Source: Stramenopiles sp. TOSAG23-6 (lineage: Eukaryota). From it: 35,463 nt of DNA. Shown in pieces: positions 12,901 to 19,775 of the stretch (its first letter is position 1; the number at the start of each line of letters is the position of its first letter). The position numbers and the translations under genes were made by a program. The stretch covers positions 1-35,463 of the forward strand of contig LT635944.1 of NCBI GenBank assembly GCA_900128565.1. Reading direction: 5' to 3'. The notes beneath the pieces are model-generated. The model did no database searches, was not told the DNA's origin, and saw only the letters and a list, made by a program, of their open reading frames with translations.

Positions 12901-15900
12901 GTAATAATTATTTGACCAGAATTTCCTTCACTAGACGTCCCTGTGTCTAATGTAATATTACCACTAGTCCCTGATTCTCCAGCATTAGAAGTGATCATCT
13001 TCATGTTACCAGAATCAAAAAAATCACTGTAACCAGACGATAACTTTACATCTCCACCTTTAACCCCACGGTCTTGGTTTTCATCTAAAGATCGCCCGGC
13101 AACAACTTTCACATCCCCCCCATTAAAAGTATCCCCTGTTCCAACACTAATGCTAATATCACCACCGGAACCTCCCTTTGCAGTACCTGTATTCACGGAA
13201 AACTTCCCAGAGGAGCCAGCAGATGATGTACCAGTCGTTATTAGAGCATTGCCAGACACGCCTTCTTCGCCTGCATTATCAGTTTGGAGGATCATATTTC
13301 CACTGTGGAAACCACGACTAAATCCTGTTTTCACAGTAACGGATCCCCCCAGAACGTCAGCAGTAGTCTGATCTTCCGTGAGACCTGCAGTGAAATGAAT
13401 ATCTCCACCATTTCCAAGTTGCCCTGTTCCAACTTGCACTTCAATATTACCACCATGTCCTTTTTTGGCACTACCAGTTTCCAAAACTATAGCACCCGAT
13501 TCAACTCCTGTAGCATCGCCTGTGTTTAGACGAACATCCCCTGAAACACCCTTTGCACCAGAGTCGGCAGTATGAAGAATGATATTGCCACTAGATGTTT
13601 GGGTTGATTTACCTGTAATAAGTTCTATCAATCCACCCGAAACTTTACCCGAGCCAAGTGTATCACCAGCCGTCATTTGTATCACCCCCCCAGATTTCGC
13701 CAAGCCAGTTCCTACTTTGACCAATACATCTCCTCCATGACCCGCGACAGAATCGCCGGTTTTTATAGCAAATTGTCCAGATCTGCCGTATTGGGCCGTA
13801 CCCGTTGTTACTTGTACGGATCCAGAGACACCAGCAGCAGCTGAATTAGCAGTCGATAGAAATATTTGACCAGATGAGGTTGTTGCGCTTGCACCAGAAA
13901 CGAGGCTAATTGACCCCCCTGATGATGTTGCAGCAATACCTGCAATCATAGATATATCACCACCTCTATCTCCAGCACCTTCCCCGTATGCTTTACCACC
14001 TGTGAATTCAATATCACCCCCCTTTCCCCCACTTTTCGAGTTTTTGGAGCGACCATCGCCTCCGGTAATTGAAACAATACCCCCTGCTTTACTATCATGC
14101 GTGGTGTTACCAGCATACAACAGGATATCTCCACCAGGCCCTGTGTTTCCATTGCCAACAGTAACCATGACAGAGCCACCTCTACCATTTATAGCCTCTC
14201 CCGTTGTTAGGTACATCGACCCCGAGTCTCCTGCCGTTGAATTACCGGTTGTGAAGAGCATTGCTCCTGATACACCTGCGTTTCCAGCATTGGGAGTATC
14301 AATGATGAAATTTCCACTCGAAGTGGGAGTACTTCTTCCTGTTTTCATAAGAATAAACCCACCAGACCCAGAATCTGTGGTATCGCCAGCATAGAAGAGT
14401 ATATCACCACCGGATTGTTTATTTCCTTCACCAACTTTGACTTCAAAACGACCACCATGACCCCCAGATGCATTCCCTGTGGTTAGAATGAAATTCCCCG
14501 ACGTACCTTTACTTGATGTACCTGTACCAAGTTCAATGTAGCCACTGACACCCGCCAAACCTGCATTAGGTGTATCCAATTTAATACTTCCTGATGTAGT
14601 GGCCAGACCTTGACCAGTACTCATAGTAATTTTACCGCCAGTTCCACCGGCAGAGTCACCACCAATTATTTCAATGTTACCTCCATTATCATCCAACTTT
14701 GTCCCAGAACCATTTCCACCACTGATAATAATGTCACCACCACCGCTATACCCCCCCGTACCTTTTCCAGACCCACCCGTTAGATATACTACACCTCCGC
14801 TATATCCTGATTTTGAAGATTTTATAGTCGAATCCCCAGCTTTGATATTCACGGGGCTTCCGTTGCCACCATTACCAGATCCAACCATAAGCTCAATATC
14901 ACCGGCGTATTCTTTTTTTGATGATCCGGTCACCATATGAATGAAACCAGTGGAGTTTGATTTCTTTACACTGGCATTTCCTGTCGTAAAATTCATATAC
15001 CCACTGTTGCCATTGGCTCCAGCTGCGGCAGTAATAAGTGTAATATCACCCGATGATGTTGATTCTGAGTATCCCGAAGTCAGTGTAATGTTTCCACCAC
15101 GACCTGATGCGGCATCTCCACCTGTTAAAAGTATATCCCCCCCTGTGTTATAATTGCTTAAACCTTTTGCTTCTCCGCCGATGACAACGACATTACCACC
15201 AGTACCTCCATTTGACGAACTTTTACTCGATCCTTCTCCAGCACTTATCTGAACTTCACCACCGGAAGAATCATCATCAGATGTTAGACCGGCGCTTAAT
15301 ACAACATTTCCTCCATTCCCAGTATTTCCATTTCCAACAAGCATATCTATATGCCCACCACGCCCACCTTCAGCATTGCCTGTGGTAATTTTGACAAGAC
15401 CCGAGTTTCCTTTTGTTGATTTTCCTGTGTGAAATTCTAAAACCCCGCTAACACCAGCTTTCCCAGCATTAGCAGTATTAACAATGAAGTCCCCAGAGGA
15501 CCGCATTTGACTATAACCAGTTACAAGATTTACACTACCCCCACTAATCTTTGCATTTGTTGTTGTTCCTGCTTCTACCAGTATTTTCCCTCCAATGCCA
15601 GTTGTACCTGATCCAACTTTAAGCGAAATACTTCCACCCTGACCTAATGTTGCAGTACCAGTAGTTACTGTAATATGACCACTTTTTCCAGATGTTGTTG
15701 TTCCGGTGCTAATATCTATCTGCCCGGATACACCAGATTGACCTGCATTTGCAGTCCATAATTCTACATGACCTGAGGAACTGGCAATTCCTGAACCACT
15801 ATGCATGATCAGGGACCCACCACTACCTTTGCGCGACCAACCACCTGTAAGCTCAAGGTTTCCTCCTCTATCTAATATAGGAGAACCACCCATGGCACGA

Positions 15901-18900
15901 CCCCCAGTAATAACAATAGCACCACCATCACCGCCATTAATATTCGACTCTGAGGATCCTTCACCACCAGTCATCACAATTTTACCACCACTCATATATG
16001 CAGCGGTTGAATTCCCTGCATTTACAATGACATCACCTCCATTGAAAGTGTCACCAGTACCAACATACATCTCAATATTACCACCTGCACCACCTTTGGC
16101 ATCCCCAGAACGAAAAGAAAAGGAACCAGAATTTCCGGCACTGGTAGTACCTGTATTCAGTAGTATACTTCCGGAAATTCCAGATTCACCAGCATTGGGA
16201 GTATTGAGGTATACATTTCCAGAAGAAGAAAATGAAGAGTATCCACTATCAAGATTTATATATCCTCCGGAAGCTCGGTATGTTGTGTCTCCTGCGGAGA
16301 GTTTTAGGTAACCACCTGAACCAAAATCACCTTCACCTACCTTAATATCTATATATCCACCATTACCCCCAGTAGAAACACCTGATTTAAGATCTAAATA
16401 ACCAGAATTTCCAGAACTTGAAGTACCCGAAGCCAGTGTAATTGAACCTGATACCCCCCTAGTTCCACCATTTGCTGTGTTCAGTACAAACCTACCAGAC
16501 GAGGTACCAACAGATTGTCCAGTAGAAAATAATATTGAGCCACCAAAGCCCATAAACGCAGAGCCACCTGTGATTTCTACATTCCCCCCGTTATCTTCTG
16601 ACGCAGCTCCCATCGCTTCACCACCTCGGATCTCAATCATACCCCCATTGCCACCATCATGACTATGTGCAGATGAACCTTCGCCAGCTAAAATAGACAC
16701 CTTACCACCTACTGCTGCATTAGCAGATGTGCGACCACCAAAAAAGAAAAGATCGCCACCATTTTTATAATCTCCATCACCAACAGCAATAGTGATGGTG
16801 CCTCCTGGGCCAGATGTAGTTTTTCCCGTTTGAAGAGTCATTGAACCAGAAGAACCCGCAGTTGAGGTTCCAGTATATAGTGACATATCACCGCTAGTTC
16901 CACTTTCTCCTGCATTACTTGTAGACAAATTTACCGAACCACTAGAGCGATCACGACTAGTTCCACTTCTTAGAACAACAGATCCTCCAACTCCACCGAT
17001 TGCAGCACCACCAACAACCTCTACATTTCCAGCACTATCACCGGCAAATTCACCTTTTGACTTACCACCGGTAAGTCGTACTACACCACCATTTCCACCG
17101 TCACCAGCGTCAGTATTTGTACCCTCACCAGCATTGATGAAAACAGCACCACCAACAGCAGATTTCGCGAGCGTTGCACCAGCGTTAAGGGACACATCTC
17201 CACCATCACCTGTATCGCCAACCCCAACCATGATATCAATCGAACCCCCTGATCCACCTCTAGCATATCCAGTTTCGAAAGTTATACCCCCAGATGAACC
17301 ACCGGAAGATGATCCTGTATTAAGGGCAATATCACCACTTACACCATAAACACCAGCATCCATCGACATAAGCATAATATTCCCGGATGATGTACTAGTT
17401 CCTTCACCTGAGCGTAATGTTAATGTTCCACCAGTTGCGGTTGCCGACTTTCCACCATCCATGGAAATGTCTCCACCAAAGCCAACCTCGGCCCCACCAC
17501 CCTGCAACATAATGTTACCCCCTTCACCGGCACCAGAATGCGAAGAAGAAGTTCCACCATGTAATTGTACTGTTCCACCACTACCAGCATATGAAGCATC
17601 AGAATCACCGCCATATAATTGGACTTTTCCTCCTGACTTGAAGTCATCTGTTGTCTTACCAGCATTGATAGAAACTTGTCCACCATCCCCACTATCACCA
17701 TCTCCAACGGCAAGCAAAATCTTACCCCCAGTACCACTTTTGGCAGTCCCGGTTGAGATGCTTAAAGCGCCTGATATACCACCAGATGATGTACCAGATC
17801 CAATGACCACCTTCCCCGAAACGCCTGATGTTCCAGCATTAACACTACTAATATGGACTTCTCCACTGGACGATACAGAACTTGCACCGGACTGAAGTTC
17901 TAACGAACCCCCCGTTCCAGATACGGCACTTGTGGAGCCTGCTTTAAATCTCACTGATGATCCCGTCTTGGTATTGCTAGATCCTCCACTAATTTCGATA
18001 GTACCGGCAGCCCCGTCTATAGCATTCCCTGACATTAGGGAAATATTACCAGTAGATCCTGATTTTGAATCACCAGTTACCATTGACAGAGATCCAGTAG
18101 AGCCAGATGTATCTGCTGGAGCAGAGCCTATTGCCACATCTCCAGATCTAATTCCTTGGGACGCACCTGACATCATTTTTAGCGAACCACCGTCACCATT
18201 CACCGCAGCGCCACCGGATACTATGACTGTACCACCTGTATCCAATGTACCAAGTCCTTTGCTGCCCCCCCCACTTATATTTATTTCCCCACCACTCCCT
18301 CCATTATCGTTATCTTCACTATTTCCATCACCACCAGTGATATTAATTTTACCACCTGTGCTACCAGATGCACTAGTATCTCCTGCACCGAGGGTTAGCA
18401 TGCCCCCAAGATGGCCTGACATACTGGTTCCTACTTTGAGATCAATACCCCCAGCAGTTCCCGCGGATGTACCTGTTTTAAGCGATATAGCACCTGAGGT
18501 ACCCTCAGTCGATGTACCAGTCCAAAGGGAAACATCACCACTGGAACCTTGGGTACCACCATTTGACGAGCTTACCTGGATTTCACCAGAATGTTTACTA
18601 TCGGAGCTACCTGATTTTACAGATACATTGCCACCTGAATGACTTGGACTTGAGGTTGCTCCAGCAGAAATTTTGATTTCACCACCTTGAACAGCATTCC
18701 CGGACCCGACTTTTACACTGATGTTGCCACCATGCCCACCAGCGGATTCACCTGTTGTTAAAAAGAGAGATCCTGTATCACCTGCTGAGGATGCACCTGA
18801 TGCAATAGACACGTCACCACTACTACCACTACTACCAGCTTTTGCAGACATAATATTGACATCACCACTAGAGGAAAGTTCAGAAATTCCACTAACAAGC

Positions 18901-19775
18901 AGAATACGCCCTCCACTCATTGTGGCGGCAGTTCCCCCTTGGATTTTCACGGTGCCTCCATTACCTTCAGCTGAATCACCACCTTGAAGAAGTATCTCAC
19001 CACCAGCCTGACCAAGAGATCCAGTTTCAAAAGCAGCTTCACCATGTGCAGCACCACCAAAAAGATATATACTTCCACCCCCACCGCCATTTGCGGCAAG
19101 TCCATCACCAGCTGAAATATTCACAGATCCGCCCAAAGTGTTGACTTCATTCCGATCGCCAGCAGTCAACTTAATATCGGCTGCAGATTGCAATTTAAAT
19201 TGTGTATCATCTAAAATCATTTCAAAGCGGCGCCCACCTGATGCAGGCCCGGATACTTGAAAGTGTCCGCCTCCAAATACAGGGTCTTCTTCTACGATAA
19301 GGTTACCAACTACACGATTGATCCCAACGAAAGATGCAGGGCACGGCATATCGAAGACAGTGCCCCGACAATTTGTACTGAAAACATCAGCAACAGTCAT
19401 ACACTTATTCTCCGAAGCACACCAAGCACACTCATGTTTGTCGGCACAGCTCCCGCAAGTTTGGAATTCATGGCAAACTGGCATTACCGGGCACTCTTCC
19501 TCCAGGGAAACCCAACTGGGGCACGGAGACCCATCTTGGGGACCTATTGAATCTCCATCCATGCAAGTTAGTGTGGAAAGACAGTATCCACACCCCTGTG
19601 TACGAACACAACCTCCACAAACCTTTACTTCATCCCAATAAGGTCCATCTATACCATCATCGAAAGAAGCACATGTCTGTGCAGTGACTGAAGTTAAGAA
19701 AAACAGTGATATGAAAGAAGTTAAAACTATCATTATAAATTGTGTTTTAAGGCTAGCCCTTTTACTAAATACCAT
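3..19775 (-). CDS. Giant (>=6591 aa, 3'-truncated by window) predicted secreted Gly/Ser/Thr-rich repeat protein with N-terminal PSI-like domains and an internal peptidase S74 (intramolecular chaperone) domain
   Basis: ATG at 19775-19773 gives MVFSKRASLKTQFIMIVLTSFISLFFLTSVTA-QTCASF. The same frame (codon starts = 2 mod 3) holds at the S74 motif (4412) and at the left edge (...GASGSLLITSGSSAGD). All Pro-rich plus-strand shadow ORFs from 82 to 19318 lie in one register, so there is no frameshift. The ORF track lists no stop-terminated minus ORF in this frame. Confidence 0.93.
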   Translation of the reverse strand, partial: MVFSKRASLKTQFIMIVLTSFISLFFLTSVTAQTCASFDDGIDGPYWDEVKVCGGCVRTQGCGYCLSTLTCMDGDSIGPQDGSPCPSWVSLEEECPVMPVCHEFQTCGSCADKHECAWCASENKCMTVADVFSTNCRGTVFDMPCPASFVGINRVVGNLIVEEDPVFGGGHFQVSGPASGGRRFEMILDDTQFKLQSAADIKLTAGDRNEVNTLGGSVNISAGDGLAANGGGGGSIYLFGGAAHGEAAFETGSLGQAGGEILLQGGDSAEGNGGTVKIQGGTAATMSGGRILLVSGISELSSSGDVNIMSAKAGSSGSSGDVSIASGASSAGDTGSLFLTTGESAGGHGGNISVKVGSGNAVQGGEIKISAGATSSPSHSGGNVSVKSGSSDSKHSGEIQVSSSNGGTQGSSGDVSLWTGTSTEGTSGAISLKTGTSAGTAGGIDLKVGTSMSGHLGGMLTLGAGDTSASGSTGGKINITGGDGNSEDNDNGGSGGEINISGGGSKGLGTLDTGGTVIVSGGAAVNGDGGSLKMMSGASQGIRSGDVAIGSAPADTSGSTGSLSMVTGDSKSGSTGNISLMSGNAIDGAAGTIEISGGSSNTKTGSSVRFKAGSTSAVSGTGGSLELQSGASSVSSSGEVHISSVNAGTSGVSGKVVIGSGTSSGGISGALSISTGTAKSGTGGKILLAVGDGDSGDGGQVSINAGKTTDDFKSGGKVQLYGGDSDASYAGSGGTVQLHGGTSSSHSGAGEGGNIMLQGGGAEVGFGGDISMDGGKSATATGGTLTLRSGEGTSTSSGNIMLMSMDAGVYGVSGDIALNTGSSSGGSSGGITFETGYARGGSGGSIDIMVGVGDTGDGGDVSLNAGATLAKSAVGGAVFINAGEGTNTDAGDGGNGGVVRLTGGKSKGEFAGDSAGNVEVVGGAAIGGVGGSVVLRSGTSRDRSSGSVNLSTSNAGESGTSGDMSLYTGTSTAGSSGSMTLQTGKTTSGPGGTITIAVGDGDYKNGGDLFFFGGRTSANAAVGGKVSILAGEGSSAHSHDGGNGGMIEIRGGEAMGAASEDNGGNVEITGGSAFMGFGGSILFSTGQSVGTSSGRFVLNTANGGTRGVSGSITLASGTSSSGNSGYLDLKSGVSTGGNGGYIDIKVGEGDFGSGGYLKLSAGDTTYRASGGYINLDSGYSSFSSSGNVYLNTPNAGESGISGSILLNTGTTSAGNSGSFSFRSGDAKGGAGGNIEMYVGTGDTFNGGDVIVNAGNSTAAYMSGGKIVMTGGEGSSESNINGGDGGAIVITGGRAMGGSPILDRGGNLELTGGWSRKGSGGSLIMHSGSGIASSSGHVELWTANAGQSGVSGQIDISTGTTTSGKSGHITVTTGTATLGQGGSISLKVGSGTTGIGGKILVEAGTTTNAKISGGSVNLVTGYSQMRSSGDFIVNTANAGKAGVSGVLEFHTGKSTKGNSGLVKITTGNAEGGRGGHIDMLVGNGNTGNGGNVVLSAGLTSDDDSSGGEVQISAGEGSSKSSSNGGTGGNVVVIGGEAKGLSNYNTGGDILLTGGDAASGRGGNITLTSGYSESTSSGDITLITAAAGANGNSGYMNFTTGNASVKKSNSTGFIHMVTGSSKKEYAGDIELMVGSGNGGNGSPVNIKAGDSTIKSSKSGYSGGVVYLTGGSGKGTGGYSGGGDIIISGGNGSGTKLDDNGGNIEIIGGDSAGGTGGKITMSTGQGLATTSGSIKLDTPNAGLAGVSGYIELGTGTSSKGTSGNFILTTGNASGGHGGRFEVKVGEGNKQSGGDILFYAGDTTDSGSGGFILMKTGRSTPTSSGNFIIDTPNAGNAGVSGAMLFTTGNSTAGDSGSMYLTTGEAINGRGGSVMVTVGNGNTGPGGDILLYAGNTTHDSKAGGIVSITGGDGRSKNSKSGGKGGDIEFTGGKAYGEGAGDRGGDISMIAGIAATSSGGSISLVSGASATTSSGQIFLSTANSAAAGVSGSVQVTTGTAQYGRSGQFAIKTGDSVAGHGGDVLVKVGTGLAKSGGVIQMTAGDTLGSGKVSGGLIELITGKSTQTSSGNIILHTADSGAKGVSGDVRLNTGDATGVESGAIVLETGSAKKGHGGNIEVQVGTGQLGNGGDIHFTAGLTEDQTTADVLGGSVTVKTGFSRGFHSGNMILQTDNAGEEGVSGNALITTGTSSAGSSGKFSVNTGTAKGGSGGDISISVGTGDTFNGGDVKVVAGRSLDENQDRGVKGGDVKLSSGYSDFFDSGNMKMITSNAGESGTSGNITLDTGTSSEGNSGQIIITTGASTGGSGGDFKVLVGMGNSGPGGDIIMTAGEAQTLLSGGSGGHIKMSSGFGKHTSSGMIHIASVDAGVSGVSGAIQISSGKSTRGNSGQITVASGKAVGGSGGNINIISGIGDSGVGGNIRLRAGDIITGSFSGGSISVESGHSERTSSGNIEIFTSNSGINGVSGEIYVKTGTASRGTSGSILLATGDSDKGSGGGIDILVGSGARGNGGAIKILAGNTSDERGGHINIATGFSQETSSGHLDIRSMNAGIEGISGNVTLETGTASFGRTGMIKLSTGDSEAGSSGLILLQTGGSTQGQGGAISLQVGKSGVGKGGNVAIEAGGTIAGSLSTGGSILFSSGNSQFTSSGRIALQTDSAGSKGVSGAISLDTGKSTRGNSGNITMITGGAPKLEKDGVSNGRRGAVALDAGDIYLTANYDDKATIELSSTFVSMEAKNGFDLGSSSLTEPGDSGNVNVFTGNTTDGDTGDLKIWTGTATGGNAGDIEVTVGEGDTGTGGNIELIAGKTTAESTQATGGLIHIESGKSLLSSSGNIHIMSQNAGVSGVSGKIEISTGTTSDGTSGEISLITGLSSVGSSGSVFIGTGNDIDASKSTMKSGNIYVSSGTSNTGNSGYLAISTGAATSGQGGSLSMVVGSGTVGEGGSINMQAGDTSDGFGGGSVSLKTGMSAQTSSGSLYVSTSKGGTEGNTGLIDVRTGTSSSGSSGDIVVRTGNAINGAGGDIKLEVGQGNSGVGGSIFIEAGNTTSTGKTGGDVSITTGKSLSPLKGSSGTLLIATSDAISDGSTGSASIKTGLATAGNSGNLDISTGKAEFVGAAGAINIIVGEGSSANGGHITLKAGLTSAASGSGGAISVSTGKVTGDKSTSGELLLETATATRVSSGSGSITVHTGAANTGSSGSILLKSGAASGSSAGDIEVVAGESSSLPDDNSGGRIVITAGAESKGSGGSIFIKSGFGSTTSSGNIVLASENAGSQGVSGSIALSTGVATKGDSGEISIRTGNTESGRGGKINILVGKGDTVVGGRVSVNAGDSSDESGGSVNIQSGKGTATSSGNINISTPDAGNTGVSGAISVSTGSATDGNSGELDIRTGSATKGSGGSISLVSGKGVGGDGGHVSLTGGDSSNANGGGILLKTGISKEESSGSVLLTSANAGKNGVSGAIEISSGTASEENGNTGFVSLKTGDSEKGRAGGIRLEVGDSSNGIGGVINMMAGNVSSVSDSTGGKIFIMSGSSTQTSSGQISVVTADAGTSGISGNIAFSTGDATAGSSGEIQISTGTSNGGNSGNIQMSVGSSDTGVGGDININAGTALETASTGSGGKVEIKTGAGIATSSGNFNLGTSNAGISGVSGGVAISTGTSSSGTTGEIRIQTGKATGGSGGGIKIMVGEGDGGAGGAIKIEAGVTHHGHSVGGVGGATRIRSGQGLGEDAISGSVSITTANSGKVGHSGPLLLASGTTHHGNSGNVILQSGTATVGQAGYVQIKVGDGTVGEGGHVGVQAGDVLGTSGIVGTGGNVDIKSGFSVGTSSGNINIGTAKAGVSGVSGSIGISTGVSANGGSGEIRISTGDSTGGSGGVIKLSVGSASKSVGGNIKFTAGEATNSKADSTGGSVIVSSGTSATKASGKIHISTASAGKAANGMSGLLALSTGASMAGESGGISLKTGNSVGRGGGSISINVGTSDLSDASEKATGGDIVLKAGDVSPSEGDGGKLLITSGFSKTSSGDIDMFTANAGTEGTSGNMSLRTGTSSAGASGSFILSTGSAKKGAGNIRIASGSTENKAASGGDIAVEAGNVTGKGSGGKISLVTGKGDSTSSGMFGVSTADGGITGSSGAIVVSSGNAAVANSGSISFETGQSLGGSAGDIFLRVGSSSEGASGNLFFTAGNTTADATSKSGGIVDIVSGYSSLTSSGDIRLLTANSGEAGVSGTLLLATGTSNASTSGGIALTSGRAITGRGGDIVLNVGNGVGKGGNIEIIAGKTLGETQSGGKINLISGLSENGSSGNIVISTPNSGKESISGGILVKTGTSSTGSSGEISVTTSSSKTGPSGSIKLNVGESESAKGGDFVISSGDATADSATGGMVRMVTGGSTGEEGKTGDFSLKTENAKNTGTSGAVTIGTGNTADGNSGGIQFQTGTSKGGTGGGISIVVGSGDTVNGGQVKIKSGVSKSGLGGDIALSSGSVATNEIAKSSGNIKIDTSPGTISGQIKLSTGSSTLGNTGSISLLTGAAVLGSAGGIEIGVGKSSVAKGGSINIIAGSTKSDQVNGGKIIINSGSASSLSTTSAKSGSIVVKTADSVLTGGIKLNTGTSSTGSTGSVSISTGASLGGASGNIEITVGTGNTGPGGKIVMSAGKTTIAEIGDGGLVSLSSGSGGVSSGSIDLATPDSATSGKISLKTGSGSTGTSGSISVNTGDAATIGNSGDLSISTGTINTGEGASGSIKLKAGSGTGGSGGAVSLTAGSSGTGNGAEISVVAGSGAANGGKIDMISGRGGKSSGVISIISADSTLSGAISIGTGKASTGNSGNVNISTGSAVGGEGGGISMNVGSGDAADGGSVKISSGSTTAADSLGGSVEISTGTGMARSGFLKIASAATDIGNSGDIQLITGGTKEGSSGDILVGTGTSNSAGGGSISIIVGESGQGDGKTVEISGGKTSAEDKVGGGINIASGIGTKASGDITIKTVDSLGGRSGDLKVSTGDAKTVAGSLNLKAGNSVASAGGSVILQPGGGTDKYSGGSVLLKDASGTSRVAINPDGAIDASSATGQDITIDTGFDAIVNLKDKDAEFVIKHELASGGDEGTSVFRVWKDKVLAHVPVQASTILQPSDKRIKRDIEDSDNNDVLQRLNQIEMKQYRYTEDWAKVRNLKPDDVGVGRPVRGFIAQQVYEIFPEYIHITDNFTLPDKGFHREKFFEVNKIKLSVDLLSAIQEQQSRLTIGANTPDESGGVTINTADAGSYMGGNSKGRSGRIQIRTGAGVGDESGSISIATGHSKNSQAGSINVNIGSSEKEDGGDIVMRAGATKGSGIGGLVLLESGSSSTASSGDIQFKSSEGKTGNSGDITFVTGNSDNGNSGNMVFVAGSAGKDGGSVKIQAGEGGVSGGHVELLSGGSVGGISGDTEIATAKSSLNSGSLSLSTGDSEQSSGKVSISSGDSVSAGSVYLQSGDSEEISGSDVQIHAGSGGHVGGAVTLHSGGGASRSGYVTVKSAATDRGDSGALEIGTGDSSEGGATGRIFIKSGHSENSDSGDITLGSGDASEGNAGSTNFIGGASGEGLGGSISFSAGETSSSVGGSITVQSGVSENGPSGEIAIETASVNRGHGTSGKLLLRSGDTQSTTSGSVYIGSGDTQNHVVGDVLVGVGSTNSGVPSASLKLTATDALLVAGSSVSSSGGRVVLRSGSSTGTSSGDVILSTADTEGVGVSGSIVVASGSSELDPSGDIFLKSGDSESSSSGGLSLRTGNAEGGAGGSIAVAAGSGTTGAGGSVAIVGGETREDGGVGGSIRITSGKSIHKGESGNSVVTTGMSAEGNSGSTVISTGASDAGNSGTVSVRSGDAVRGNSGAILVSSGKSGTGNGGLVRLAGGSTTAKDGIGGGIHLLSGQGQSSSGSVEVASGDLHQYGKSGDLTFSSGAVTHGVSGNVQISSGDAATAGHVSIEVGNSSSGTGGSFSISGGKSFTGRGGNVFVRSGSSESNSSGDIYISTPMSKSTKASSGSISVSSGSSKNGSSGAVNIASGDANNASSGIVSIKSGSAKGGTGGNVIMSVGSGDKGKGGNITLAAGESTSRKSHGGSLSLSSGKGVDASGNIVVQTHKTLSSENNADASGIITMSTGNAENESGGILISSGVSKESSAGDIAIAGGMGSYSGGNVFLTAGGSLAADGEGGDIQMLSGYGSKKSGTIILSSSNSTDTSGALSLHSGDSKNGQSGNVTVSTGDGKSAGTIHFDVGESKFGKGGDILLAAGISEDLIGGSLFFKSGDGDVASGGISFLSSDTKNGASGSLLXTSGSSAGDSGNVTIASGSSSGSTAGGISIAVGNTKNGSGGSISISAGSTKSSESTGGSVGVLSGEGTHSSGSVIVASSSITKKDSESGSISLFTGSAASGNSGEISIATGDARKPGNISIAVGASTSSDGGHLNISGGTALAEGFNGGDVSISSGDGAKSSGEVRIGTGSADSSGSIDITTGNSSTGVSGSLNLGSGTSSVGSTGTVTLKSGSSSIGFGGDILLSGGSSSSSNGGLIAIAAGDSAGEKSRGGDLSMSSGVGRFESGKASFKTANSENGASGSLLITSGSSAGD
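4086..4412 (-). other. Peptidase S74 / intramolecular chaperone auto-processing (ICA) domain within the giant protein
   Basis: SDKRIKRDIEDSDNNDVLQRLNQIEMKQYRYTEDWAKVRNL...RGFIAQQVYEIFPEYI...FFEVNKIKLSVDLLSAIQEQQSRL. Contains the SDxRxK Ser/Lys dyad (Ser codon 4412-4410, residue 5122; Lys 4397-4395), the GxIAQxVxxxxP motif and a terminal AIQE helix. Confidence 0.9.
19341..19673 (-). other. Two tandem PSI (plexin-semaphorin-integrin)-like Cys-rich domains
   Basis: 16 Cys in two blocks of 8: C...CGGCVRTQGCGYCLSTLTC...CPSWVSLEEECP and CHEFQTCGSCADKHECAWCASENKC...C...CP. This matches the C-CxxC-CxWC-C-C-CP PSI pattern. Confidence 0.75.
19680..19775 (-). other. Predicted signal peptide of the giant protein (32 aa)
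   Basis: Basic n-region (KR..K), hydrophobic core FIMIVLTSFISLFFL, small-residue cleavage motif VTA|Q. Confidence 0.8.

Noticed and set aside
1700-17737. Short Val/Leu-rich minus-strand ORFs in the track
   Set aside because: They are alternative frames nested in the giant CDS, with no independent coding signal.
82-19641. About 30 Pro-rich plus-strand ORFs (e.g. 4717-6099, 460 aa)
   Set aside because: All lie in one register and are the antisense shadow of the Gly-rich minus-strand codons (GGN read as CCN). They are broken by stops, while the minus frame is not.
3-19775. Giant gene as a prophage or viral tail gene, PE-PGRS protein or collagen
   Set aside because: It has a eukaryotic signal peptide and PSI domains, eukaryotic neighbours and no viral genes nearby. 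There is no PE domain and no Gly-X-Y triplet periodicity.
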